The notes: generated by a model not told the origin, from the letters alone. A stretch of 32,000 bases of DNA from Ktedonobacterales bacterium (GCA_030167145.1 CP126532.1:3900001-3932000); one strand, 5' to 3'; shown: positions 15,980 through 24,705, counted from the first letter of the stretch. A program made the numbers and translations.

Positions 15980-17152
15980 CTATTGCACCTGCCAGACGCG
16001 AACGCTCTTGTCGGCGCTCGACGTGACGATATGGGTGCTGTCGGGCGACCACGATACAGCATGCACCCAATTGGTATGCTTCACGGTGAGGAACAACGAC
16101 CCAGATTGGTGGTCCCAGATCTGCGCAGTCGAATCGGCGCTCGCGGAGGCGACGAATTTGCCGTCAGGCGACCACGCGACCGCGCGCACATAGCCGTTGT
16201 GGCCCTTGTAGACCAGGGAGGCTGTTCCCGTGGCGGCATCCCAGATGCGCGCCGTGTTGTCCTGCGCACCGGACACGATGGATTTCCCGTCTGGCGACCA
16301 GGCGACGCCATCTACCTCTCCCGTGTGTTCGGTATAGGTGAGCAGCGGACGCCCGGTGGGAGGAACGGCATCCCAGAGTTGCGCGGTCTTATCCGCGCCG
16401 CCCGACACGATGTGGAGGCTGTGTGGCGCATGCAGCCACGCCACCGCTTTTACCCCATTGGCAGGTGGTGTGCCCGCATGGTGGCCGGAGTAGGTGAGGA
16501 GGTGGCCGCCGGTGCTGGCCCGCCACACATGCACTTGCGCGTCATCGCTTGCCGAGACGATAGACGCATCATCGGGTGACCAGGAAACCGCGTGAATCGC
16601 GGCGGTATGGCCCGCATACACGGCAATCGTTTTGCCGGTGGCTGCTTCCCACACATGCACCTTTTGATCTACGCTTCCCGATGCGATGTATTTGCTGTCG
16701 CGAGACCAGGCTACCGCGAATACCCAATCCGCATGCTCACTATAGGTCAGGATCACCTTGCCATCAGCGGGGTTCCAAATCTGCACGGTGTGGTCTCGAC
16801 CACCTGAAGCGATATGCTTGCCGTCGGGCGACCAGGCGACCGCATCCACCTCACCCGTATGCCCGCAAAAGACGATTGTGCCAGATGTTGACGGGACACA
16901 TGCCGCTTGTGTCGCGGTGGCGGCAGGGGCAATGGTGCTTGTCGTGCTACTGGATTCGCATGCCGACAGTAGTCCGCTGCTCACCAACGCGATGCCGCCG
17001 GTCATACCCGCCACAAACGCGCGCCGCGAGATGCGCTGCCCCAGGAATATAGGTAGAACGTCTGGTGTGCGCTGCCCACAGGCGGGGCACAGCGACAGCG
17101 GCGAAGTGGTGAGAGCGCCACAGAAGCGGCATGCGCGTGGTGAAGTTTGCAT
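15980..17152 (-). CDS. WD40-repeat (7-blade) protein with N-terminal zinc ribbon and TM/lipobox-like anchor
   Basis: ATG 17152 (MQTSPRACRFCG...) has GAGGAG 8 nt upstream. Motifs CRFC-x11-CPAC, then RISRRAFVAGMTGGIALVSSGLLSAC. Seven units follow of the type 'AVAWSPDGKxIASGxxDxTVQIWD'. The ORF-track start at 17365 overlaps the upstream gene. Confidence 0.85.
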   Translation of the reverse strand: MQTSPRACRFCGALTTSPLSLCPACGQRTPDVLPIFLGQRISRRAFVAGMTGGIALVSSGLLSACESSSTTSTIAPAATATQAACVPSTSGTIVFCGHTGEVDAVAWSPDGKHIASGGRDHTVQIWNPADGKVILTYSEHADWVFAVAWSRDSKYIASGSVDQKVHVWEAATGKTIAVYAGHTAAIHAVSWSPDDASIVSASDDAQVHVWRASTGGHLLTYSGHHAGTPPANGVKAVAWLHAPHSLHIVSGGADKTAQLWDAVPPTGRPLLTYTEHTGEVDGVAWSPDGKSIVSGAQDNTARIWDAATGTASLVYKGHNGYVRAVAWSPDGKFVASASADSTAQIWDHQSGSLFLTVKHTNWVHAVSWSPDSTHIVTSSADKSVRVWQVQ

Positions 17153-17195
17153 CGTCTCACTCCTCAAAAACGGGCAGATGTCGTCGCGGATTGCC

Positions 17196-18608
17196 CTATT
17201 GGACCTGCCAAACCTGCACGGTCTTGTCGGCGCTGGCGGTGGCGATATGCGTGCTATCAGGCGACCACGCGATGCCATACACCCAGTTGGTATGCCCATG
17301 ATAGGTAAGGAAGAGAACACCCGCTCTGGGATCCCACACCTGAGCCGACCAATCGGAATTGCCAAAAGCGATCAGGGTTCCATCTGGTGACCAGGAAGCT
17401 GCCAGCACGACATCATTTGCGTGCGGATCAATGTAGGTGAAGATGCGTTTCCCCGTCGTCGCGCTCCACACCTGCACACTTTTGTCGGCGCTGCCAGAGA
17501 CCAGATACGCGGCGTCGGGTGACCACGCTACGCTCTCGACTGCTCCCGAATGGCCAGTGTAGGTGCGGATGATCTTCCCGCTGGCGAGATCCCAGATCCG
17601 CACCGTCTGGTCTGCGCTGCCAAAGGCGACGCGCGTGCCATCAGGCGACCAGGCGACCGCGAGTATCTGAGCGAAGTGGGCGGAACAGGTGCGCAGGTGG
17701 CCCCCGCTGAGCGCATCCCAGACCTGGACGGTACCATCATCGCCACCAGACGCGATTATCTTGTCATTAGGCGACCAGGCGACGCTATGCACGACCCCCG
17801 TATGCTCCGTATAGGTAGCGATAGCTGTTCTACCCGCGGTCGCATCCCACACCTGCGCCGTACCGTCGTAGCTGCCTGAAGCGATGTACCGGCTATCTGG
17901 CGACCAGGCGACACTCGAAATCCAGTTGGTGTGTCCGGTGTAGGTGAGCGTGGTTGTGCCGGTGGCGGGATCCCAAACCTGTACGGTCTGGTCGCGCCCA
18001 CCAGAGGCGATGCGTGTGCCATCGGGCGACCAGGCGACCGCACTCACTTCGCCGGTATGTCCGGTATAGGTCAGCGGCGCGCCTGGCAGCGGAGCGTGAC
18101 GAGACGCGGGAGCAGCGGGGACAGCCGCCACCACAGACATGGGCGAGGCGCAGGTATAGGGGCTTTGTGGCAGCGCGGGCCGCACCGCCAGGAAATAGGC
18201 GAGCACCGCCGCCAGCGGGAGAAGCGCGGCGAGCAGCCATCGAGTCAAGGAGAGGAGCGGTCGTTTGCCACCAGAAGCGGCGCCATTCGCGGCGGGGTCC
18301 GGTGGCTTCGCCGCGGTGGCGTGCTCGCGCCTAGCTTCCCGATTCGCTTCCAGACTCAGCAGGAAAAGGATGAGCACCGCCGCACCGATTGCCGCGCTCC
18401 ACCCTGGATACGTCTGTGCCGCGTTGAGAAGCGAGGCCACTTGCATGCGCGCCGCCTTCCCCCATTGCGCTTTGTCTTGCTCAAATGGCACGACGAGGAT
18501 GTTGCCAAGCAGAGACGCCAGAATGAAGAGCAGAAGCGTCGAATATACACGTAACGGCCAGCGCAACAATCGAGGAATCCAGGCTGTGGGTGGCGTCTTG
18601 TATATCAT
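17196..18608 (-). CDS. WD40-repeat (7-blade) protein with N-terminal three-TM membrane domain
   Basis: TM segments STLLLFILASLLGNILVV, AAIGAAVLILFLLSL and LLAALLPLAAVLAYFLAV, followed by seven WD40 units. Ends ...DKTVQVWQVQ, the same ending as the downstream paralog. Confidence 0.85.
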   Translation of the reverse strand: MIYKTPPTAWIPRLLRWPLRVYSTLLLFILASLLGNILVVPFEQDKAQWGKAARMQVASLLNAAQTYPGWSAAIGAAVLILFLLSLEANREARREHATAAKPPDPAANGAASGGKRPLLSLTRWLLAALLPLAAVLAYFLAVRPALPQSPYTCASPMSVVAAVPAAPASRHAPLPGAPLTYTGHTGEVSAVAWSPDGTRIASGGRDQTVQVWDPATGTTTLTYTGHTNWISSVAWSPDSRYIASGSYDGTAQVWDATAGRTAIATYTEHTGVVHSVAWSPNDKIIASGGDDGTVQVWDALSGGHLRTCSAHFAQILAVAWSPDGTRVAFGSADQTVRIWDLASGKIIRTYTGHSGAVESVAWSPDAAYLVSGSADKSVQVWSATTGKRIFTYIDPHANDVVLAASWSPDGTLIAFGNSDWSAQVWDPRAGVLFLTYHGHTNWVYGIAWSPDSTHIATASADKTVQVWQVQ

Positions 18609-18983
18609 CGCTGTCCCCCGGCTGCGTTGCGCGAGAGCTTTCCCATCACGTCACTACTACCTGCGCGTGGCTCCTGAGTTCACAGCCATAATACACTATC
18701 GCTATGCCCATATGCTAGTGCTATGCCTGGTGAGCGGAATCAGAGTGGGCATCGCAAGGCGCCTGACGCCGCCGACGCTTGCGCTTCTGCGCATAGACGC
18801 GCGGCCTTGCCCGTTCGTAGGGTCGCTGCCTCAGCTATCCGCGCGAGGCCGGTTGAGACGGGTAAAACGGTACTGCGCTCGGTGGGTCGCGGCTGGCGCT
18901 GGTACAGGATGTGCCAGTGGATGCTGGGCACGAGGTCTGGTATGTCGGGCTTCGCGCTGAGAGACTTCTCAAGGACTACACGG

Positions 18984-19352
18984 ATGCTGCGATTACTCGT
19001 GCGCTGGGTGATGAATGCACTGGCATTGCTGCTGATCGCGTATCTCTTGCCGGATATGCATGTGACATTCGGCGCGGCGCTAGTGGCGGCAATCGTGATC
19101 GGCGCCATCAACACACTGGTACGCCCCATCCTAGTCGCGTTGACGTTGCCGGTGACGGTGCTGACGCTCGGCATCTTCCTCTTCGTGGTCAACGCGCTGC
19201 TCTTCTGGCTGGCGGGCCTGGTCGTGCCTGGTTTCACGGTAGATGGCATCGGCGCGGCGTTGCTGGGTTCTTTCCTCTATTCGATCCTGACCTCGATCAT
19301 CATTGCCGTGACACGGGGCAATCGCGAGAAACAGCCGGAGGCGCACATTTAG
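18984..19352 (+). CDS. small 4-TM membrane protein, YvlD/DUF360 (phage holin 4_2 superfamily)-like
   Basis: MLRLLVRWVMNALALLLIAYLLP...VIGAINTLVRPILVALTLPVTVLTLGIFLFVVNALLFWLAG matches the family pattern recalled from memory. AAGGA lies 8 nt upstream of ATG 18984. The upstream part of the ORF-track ORF is Arg/Ala-rich junk. Confidence 0.7.
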   Translation: MLRLLVRWVMNALALLLIAYLLPDMHVTFGAALVAAIVIGAINTLVRPILVALTLPVTVLTLGIFLFVVNALLFWLAGLVVPGFTVDGIGAALLGSFLYSILTSIIIAVTRGNREKQPEAHI

Positions 19353-19544
19353 CGGCGCTCTCCGCTGTGGCTGCCAAACATACAAGCTGTCGCAATCATA
19401 CGCTCCCGCAAGGCCGAAAACGCACTCAATACGCGGGCGGCGCTGGCATGCGCCTTGCATGGCATGACTTCTGCGCCGCCAGCTTTGCGCTTCGCTTCCA
19501 GCGCGGGGAGGCAGAGCGCGGCGCAGGGGAAAGGAGAGTGTTCT

Positions 19545-19997
19545 ATGCGAGGCGATAGCTCCCACAACCCAGATTCGGCGTCCCACGAATCGCCTGTCGC
19601 CGGGGAGATGGCGGCCCAACACTATGACGATGCGTATCTTCCTGCCGGTGATGACCATGACGACCTCGCAGAGCAGCAGCAGCAGGACAGTGTGCGGTTG
19701 ACACATGAGGAGGTGCGTGTCGAGTGGGTGGCCGTCAGCGACGACGAAGGCGCGCATCCACCAGGGCCGGACCTCTTCGCGATCAAGGATATCGAAATCC
19801 CGCTGATGGGTGAGCGGGTGGTGATCCAGAAGCGGGCGCGGGTAGTCGAAGAGGTGCGGCTGCATAAATATCTCGTGACTGAGCGGCAGCCAGTGGAACG
19901 CTGGACGGCTCCCGATGCGTCCGCATACGAAGGCCAGGATGGCATACCCAGAACCGCGGGAACACCCGATACGCCGCCCCCACCGCTCACGCATTAG
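19545..19997 (+). CDS. YsnF/AvaK (DUF2382)-like stress-response domain protein with an acidic N-terminus
   Basis: AAGGAGA lies 7 nt upstream of ATG 19545. DIEIPLMGERVVIQKRARVVEEVRLHKYLVTERQPVE resembles the DUF2382 repeat pattern (E-x-V-V-x-K-x-A-R-V-V-E-E-V). Confidence 0.6.
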   Translation: MRGDSSHNPDSASHESPVAGEMAAQHYDDAYLPAGDDHDDLAEQQQQDSVRLTHEEVRVEWVAVSDDEGAHPPGPDLFAIKDIEIPLMGERVVIQKRARVVEEVRLHKYLVTERQPVERWTAPDASAYEGQDGIPRTAGTPDTPPPPLTH

Positions 19998-20047
19998 CGT
20001 CGCATATCCTGCCAGGCAGTGAAATGAGGAAAGAAAGGCATCCGCAT

Positions 20048-20905
20048 ATGGTGGCGCCGATTCGTGATGCTGGCAGCACCCTGCTGAGTCTGCTCGATCA
20101 GATTCTGGTGTTTCTGCCGCGCGTGTTGTCATTCGCGATTATCCTCCTCATCGGCTATCTCGTCGCGCGCATCGTACGCGGGCTGCTGGTGAAAGGGCTG
20201 CGCGCCGTGCGCTTCGATACGCTTGCCGACCGGGCAGGGGTGGGGCATTTTCTGGAGGTTGCGCGCATCCGGCTCGACGCCACGCATGTACTGGCATTGA
20301 TTGTCTTCTGGTGGATTTTCCTGGCCTTCATCAGCCTGGCAGTGGAGTCGCTGGGCTTGACAACGCTCACCAATTTTACGAATAGCGTGCTGGCATACAT
20401 TCCCAATCTCGCGGTTGCGGCGCTGATTCTGATTGTGGGCGCGCTGCTGGCGAACCTGCTGGGTGACGTAGTGCGTGGCGCGGCGAGCAACGCGGGCCTG
20501 ACCACGGCGGCGCTCATCGGGGGCATTGCGCGTTGGGCGGTGCTGGTCTTCGCGTTCATGGCGACGCTGACGCAACTCAACGTCGCGCAGAATATGATCC
20601 TGATTCTTTTCACCGCGCTCGTAGGTATGCTGGCGATTGCCGGTGGGCTGGCGTTCGGGCTGGGCGGCGTGGAGACAGCGCGCGGGCTGATCGCGGGCTG
20701 GGCGATGGGGCGCATGCTTCAGCCGGGCCAGCGCGTGCGCATCGGCAATCGCGCGGGAACCGTGGTGCGCCATGACCTCAGCACGACGGTTGTGGATGTA
20801 GGTGGCGGGCAGATCTCCATTCCCAATGCGGAACTGGCGCATGAGGAGATCACGATGTTGGGTGGCGAGAGCATGCCACCGCGCACACCCGCTGGCGCGG
20901 CATAG
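20048..20905 (+). CDS. mechanosensitive-channel-related membrane protein ('conserved TM helix' repeats, CmpX/MscS-like)
   Basis: LLDQILVFLPRVLSFAIILLIGYLVARIVRGLLVKGL, plus repeated TM-helix units and a C-terminal beta-domain QPGQRVRIGNRAGTVVRHDLSTTVVDVGGGQISIPN. The start is either ATG 20048 or ATG 20024. Confidence 0.7.
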   Translation: MVAPIRDAGSTLLSLLDQILVFLPRVLSFAIILLIGYLVARIVRGLLVKGLRAVRFDTLADRAGVGHFLEVARIRLDATHVLALIVFWWIFLAFISLAVESLGLTTLTNFTNSVLAYIPNLAVAALILIVGALLANLLGDVVRGAASNAGLTTAALIGGIARWAVLVFAFMATLTQLNVAQNMILILFTALVGMLAIAGGLAFGLGGVETARGLIAGWAMGRMLQPGQRVRIGNRAGTVVRHDLSTTVVDVGGGQISIPNAELAHEEITMLGGESMPPRTPAGAA

Positions 20906-21169
20906 GTGAGCTAGGCAGACAGCAGGCACAACCCGCATGATGCCACGGGCATTGGGCACGCCCCATAGGCGCGCCGCGTTGTCTACGGCGTGCCAATAGT
21001 GCGCCGCGTTTCTTCGCCGCTATAGATGGTGTTGCGTGTCGCTCAACTGGCACTTTCGGGTGAAACGTCACCACTGGGGCGCGAATTCGCTGATAATGGT
21101 GGCGTCGTATTGGACGCATCAGATGGTGGGACGCTGGGGTGATGTGTGTCCGGGGGAGGTACGCGGGCT

Positions 21170-22279
21170 ATGGACTACGAGCAAGGGGATCAGGTGTTGT
21201 CAGGGTTGAAGGAGCAGCGAATCGTCACCATCGGCGGCGGGACGGGTCCGTTTGCATTGCTGTCCTATCTCAAGCACCACGACTGCGCGATTACCGCGAT
21301 TGTGACGATGGCTGATAGTGGCGGCAGCTCGCGGCGGCTGATGGATGAGTTCGGCCAGCTTCCCCTTGGTGACCTGCGCCAGGCGTTGGTGGCGCTCTCG
21401 CGCAAAGATACGCTCTGGCGCGACCTCTTCGCCTATCGGTTTCGCAAGCCCGCCCCCCGCGCCGAAGATGTCTCGCTAGACGATCTCCCTGGCGCGCGAT
21501 CACCGAAGCTGGCGGACCAGGCCGGAGTCAGTGGGCACAGCCTGGGCAATCTGATGATCTCGGCATTGCAAGACCTCAAAGGCGGCGATCTGTTGCTCGC
21601 CATCCGCGACGCGCAGGAGATTCTGGATACCGCTGGCGATGTGCTACCGATTACCCTTGCCCACACCACGCTCTGCGCCGAGACCAGTGAAGGCGAGCGC
21701 ATCCAGGGCGAAAGCGAGATTGATACGCGCGGCGAGCGGCATCCGGGGCCACTGGCGCCCATCAGCCAGATCACGCTGCACCGGCAAACGCCGCCATGCG
21801 AAGAAGCGATCAACGCTATCCACAGCGCGGATGTGATTATTCTGGGGCCGGGCGACCTGTATACGAGCGTGCTGCCGAGCCTGTTGGTGGACGGTGTCGC
21901 GCAGGCCATTCGCGCTTCCGCCGCCCACAAAGTCTATGTCTCGAATCTGATGACCAAGCATGGCGAGACAGATGGCTTCACCGCGTCGCGCTTCGTCGGC
22001 GAGATTCACCGTTATCTTGGCGGCCCTGTTGACCGCGTCATCTTGCACGATGGCTCATTTCCCGACCACCTGTTGGATCTCTACGCCGCCAAGCAGCAAC
22101 ATCCCGTGCAGCCGGATGTGGACGCGGTGCGGCAACTTGTGGCGGATGTGGTGGTGGATAACGTGCTCGCGATTCACGGCGAGCATTTCGTGCGCCACGA
22201 TGCGGAGCGCCTGCTGCGCGCGGCCTTCGCGCCGCTGCTCGTCCCCACGAACGTGCCGTCGCGGTCGTATGAGGGCTAG
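21170..22279 (+). CDS. yvcK: YvcK-family (CofD-like, UPF0052) gluconeogenesis/cell-shape factor
   Basis: IVTIGGGTGPFALLSYLK...ITAIVTMADSGGSSRRL...LPLGDLRQALVALS...GHSLGNL...GPGDLYTSVLPSLLV. GGAGG lies upstream of ATG 21170, and GTG 21146 is an alternative start. Confidence 0.85.
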   Translation: MDYEQGDQVLSGLKEQRIVTIGGGTGPFALLSYLKHHDCAITAIVTMADSGGSSRRLMDEFGQLPLGDLRQALVALSRKDTLWRDLFAYRFRKPAPRAEDVSLDDLPGARSPKLADQAGVSGHSLGNLMISALQDLKGGDLLLAIRDAQEILDTAGDVLPITLAHTTLCAETSEGERIQGESEIDTRGERHPGPLAPISQITLHRQTPPCEEAINAIHSADVIILGPGDLYTSVLPSLLVDGVAQAIRASAAHKVYVSNLMTKHGETDGFTASRFVGEIHRYLGGPVDRVILHDGSFPDHLLDLYAAKQQHPVQPDVDAVRQLVADVVVDNVLAIHGEHFVRHDAERLLRAAFAPLLVPTNVPSRSYEG

Positions 22280-22565
22280 CCCACACGGCTGAAAAGACAG
22301 GGCCGAAGAGCAGCCCCCAACCACTTGACTCCTGCGCCGGTGCGTCCCCTATTCGCTGCTCGTGCTGGCGCGCAGGCCCCTCCGCCAACAGCGCTGTGCG
22401 CGTGCTGCACGCCACATTGCCGGTTTCGTGGACCTCCGTAAGAATCCCTCCCAAGCGCCATTCCTAGCCCGTCTGTCTGGCCTGGTTGTCGTTACGAATC
22501 GCGCGTGTGTACAGTGTCGTTCATGTGTTGTGCGTAGAACGTCCGTTCTCAGTGTGAGGGAAATC

Positions 22566-22862
22566 ATGGACCCAACAATAGCGGTAGCAGAAGCGCGGGT
22601 CTTCCTGCCAACCGCGCTGGCAGAGCGAACCGGCGGACAGCGGATGGTGACGGCGGCGGGCGGAAGCGTGAGCGAGTTGATCGCGGCGCTGGATGCGCGC
22701 TACCCCGGCCTTGGTTTTCACCTGTGCTATGAAACGGGCGAGTTGCGTCCATTCGTGAACATCTTCGTGAATGGCGCGAATATCCGCTATCTGCGCGGAC
22801 TTGAGACTGCTGTGCCGCCGGGGGCGTCGGTGACGATTTTGCCATCCGTCGCGGGCGGATGA
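22566..22862 (+). CDS. MoaD/ThiS-family ubiquitin-like beta-grasp protein with C-terminal Gly-Gly
   Basis: 98 aa ending ...VTILPSVAGG followed by the stop. Family-like pattern SVSELIAALDARYPGL...FVNIFVNG. GAGGGA lies upstream of ATG 22566. The ORF-track start at 22362 is unsupported. Confidence 0.75.
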   Translation: MDPTIAVAEARVFLPTALAERTGGQRMVTAAGGSVSELIAALDARYPGLGFHLCYETGELRPFVNIFVNGANIRYLRGLETAVPPGASVTILPSVAGG

Positions 22863-22950
22863 GCGGCACACGAGCGGCGCCAGCAACGGCGTCGCCACAC
22901 CGGGCGCGCACATGCGACGCCCACCACCACGCGGGAGGAGCTACTTTTCA

Positions 22951-24057
22951 ATGGCGAACACGACATCGTATCCCAGCGGCACTGTAATGGTTCTCGCGGG
23001 GACGAAACGCGGACTCTTCCTTTTCACATCGCGCGACCGCCAGACATGGACCTGCGAGGGGCCGATACTTAAGGGGCATACCATCTACTACGCGACACTC
23101 GACCAGCGCAGCGGCCGCCGGCTCTTTGTCGCCGATAACGGTGTGTTTTTCGGCTCATTCCTGCGCTACAGCGATGACTTCGGCGACACCTGGCAGGAGC
23201 CGGAACGCGGTATTCAGTTCTCCGAGGAGAGCGGAGAAAAGCTGAAGAACATCTGGATGATCGAGCCAGGGCGGCGCGAAGAGCCAGGAACCATCTACGC
23301 CGGAGTGGATCCGGCGAACCTGTGGGAAAGCCACGATAGCGGTGTCACCTGGGAACTGAACGCCGCGCTGGCTTCGCATCCGACGCGCGAACATTGGAAT
23401 CCGGGCGCGGGCGGCCTCTGCCTGCACACCATCATCCCCGACTATTCCAACCCCAAACGCATGTGGCTGGGTATCTCAGCCGTTGGCTGCGTGCGCACCG
23501 ATGATGGCGGCGCAAGCTGGACCTTCGCCAACAAGAATACTCGCGCGGACTTCCAGCCCGACAAATACCCAGAGTTCGGCCAGTGCCTGCACCGCATGGT
23601 GCAGCACCCGCAGCAGCCCGACGTGCTCTACCAGCAGAATCACTGCGGCGTGTACAGGAGCATGAACGGCGGCGACGATTGGGCCGACATGCGCGGCAGT
23701 TTGCCCTCGGACTTCGGCTTCCCCATCGCGCTCGATCCGCATGCCCCTGAGACGGTCTTTACTATCGTCGAGGACGGCGAAGCGCGGCAGAACGTCACCG
23801 AGCAGTTTACCATCTATCGCACGCGCGACGGCATGGAAACCTGGGAAACGCTGACGAACGGCCTGCCCAGCGGCCCTGGCGTGCGGCTTGGCGTGCTGCG
23901 CCACGGCATGACCACCGATTCGGCGGACCCCTGCGGTGTCTATGTCGGCACCAACACCGGCCAAATCTTTGCCAGCGCCGACTGTGGCGATAGCTGGCGC
24001 TTGATCGCCGACTTCCTGCCGTCTATCTACTCGGTTTCGGCGTTCGTCATCGAATAG
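22951..24057 (+). CDS. Asp-box (BNR) repeat beta-propeller protein, cytoplasmic (no signal peptide)
   Basis: Asp-box motifs SHDSGVTWE, TDDGGASWT, SMNGGDDWA, TRDGMETWE and SADCGDSWR. GGGAGGAG lies 10 nt upstream of ATG 22951. Confidence 0.8.
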   Translation: MANTTSYPSGTVMVLAGTKRGLFLFTSRDRQTWTCEGPILKGHTIYYATLDQRSGRRLFVADNGVFFGSFLRYSDDFGDTWQEPERGIQFSEESGEKLKNIWMIEPGRREEPGTIYAGVDPANLWESHDSGVTWELNAALASHPTREHWNPGAGGLCLHTIIPDYSNPKRMWLGISAVGCVRTDDGGASWTFANKNTRADFQPDKYPEFGQCLHRMVQHPQQPDVLYQQNHCGVYRSMNGGDDWADMRGSLPSDFGFPIALDPHAPETVFTIVEDGEARQNVTEQFTIYRTRDGMETWETLTNGLPSGPGVRLGVLRHGMTTDSADPCGVYVGTNTGQIFASADCGDSWRLIADFLPSIYSVSAFVIE

Positions 24058-24082
24058 AACGCACATCTGAAGGCAAGCTAGA

Positions 24083-24124
24083 GCGGACATCAGCGTATCG
24101 CCTGTGCGGCGCGCCGATGTCCGC
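24083..24124 (+). terminator. stem-loop GCGGACATC-(24 nt)-GATGTCCGC followed by GATTTCGTTT
   Basis: 9-bp perfect stem 26 nt after the BNR-protein stop, with a partly T-rich tail. Confidence 0.4.
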
Positions 24125-24218
24125 GATTTCGTTTGCGTGCGGCGCGCCTTGTGCCTCACCCCGTGCATGTGATTAAATAGGCAGGTTCATTCCAACATCA
24201 CACGCAAGGATACTTCGC

Positions 24219-24692
24219 ATGTCTGAGCCAACCACCTCCGCGCTCGAAGAGCGCCTCAAAACCGACCTCAAAGATGCGATGCGCGCCAGAGATCAGGTGC
24301 GCGTGGATACCATTCGCCTCGCCCTCAACGCCTTCCATCAGGAGGAAGTCGCGCGCACCGACGCCAAACACCGCCAGCACCGTCAGCCGCTCACCGAGAC
24401 GGACCGCATCAGCCTGATCGAGCGGCAGGTGAAGCAGCGCGAGGAGGCCGCGCAAATCTTTCGTTCCGCAGGGCGCACTGAATCCGCCGACAAAGAGGAG
24501 CGCGAGGCGGCCATCCTCAAATCCTATCTGCCAGCGCAGCTTTCTGAGGACGAATTGCGCGCGATCATTACTGCTATCGTCGCCCGCGAAGGCAGCGACT
24601 TCAAGAAAGTGATGCCCGCCGCCGTCCGCGAAACCAAAGGACGCGCCGATGGCCGCTCCGTCCAGCAGATCGTCCGCGAGCTAACGTCCTGA
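24219..24692 (+). CDS. yqeY: GatB/YqeY domain protein
   Basis: LEERLKTDLKDAMRARDQVRVDTIRLALNAF...SYLPAQLSEDELRAII...KVMPAAVRETKGRADGRSVQQIVRE matches the YqeY family pattern. Confidence 0.9.
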   Translation: MSEPTTSALEERLKTDLKDAMRARDQVRVDTIRLALNAFHQEEVARTDAKHRQHRQPLTETDRISLIERQVKQREEAAQIFRSAGRTESADKEEREAAILKSYLPAQLSEDELRAIITAIVAREGSDFKKVMPAAVRETKGRADGRSVQQIVRELTS

Positions 24693-24705
24693 ACGAGGGT
24701 GCGGC

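Noticed and set aside
15980-18608. WD40 genes as eukaryotic contamination or horizontal transfer from a eukaryote
   Set aside because: The genes have bacterial SD sequences and the same high GC and codon style as their neighbours. They have no introns and carry bacterial-type membrane anchors. They are embedded between ordinary bacterial genes.
19131-20132. 333-aa minus-strand ORF
   Set aside because: It is antisense to three well-supported plus-strand genes. It is Arg/His/Pro-rich with no motifs or RBS, typical of a shadow ORF in GC-rich DNA. The same reasoning applies to 20129-20959(-), 5260-5931(+), 3925-4434(+), 18265-18960(+), 13437-14003(+), 8611-9189(+), 9991-10554(+), 23476-24168(-), 30872-31411(-), 25404-25962(+) and 16758-17390(+).
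22280-22565. Moco riboswitch upstream of the MoaD-like gene
   Set aside because: The leader is long enough, but I could not recognise the conserved Moco-motif core by eye. It needs an Rfam covariance-model scan and is not claimed.
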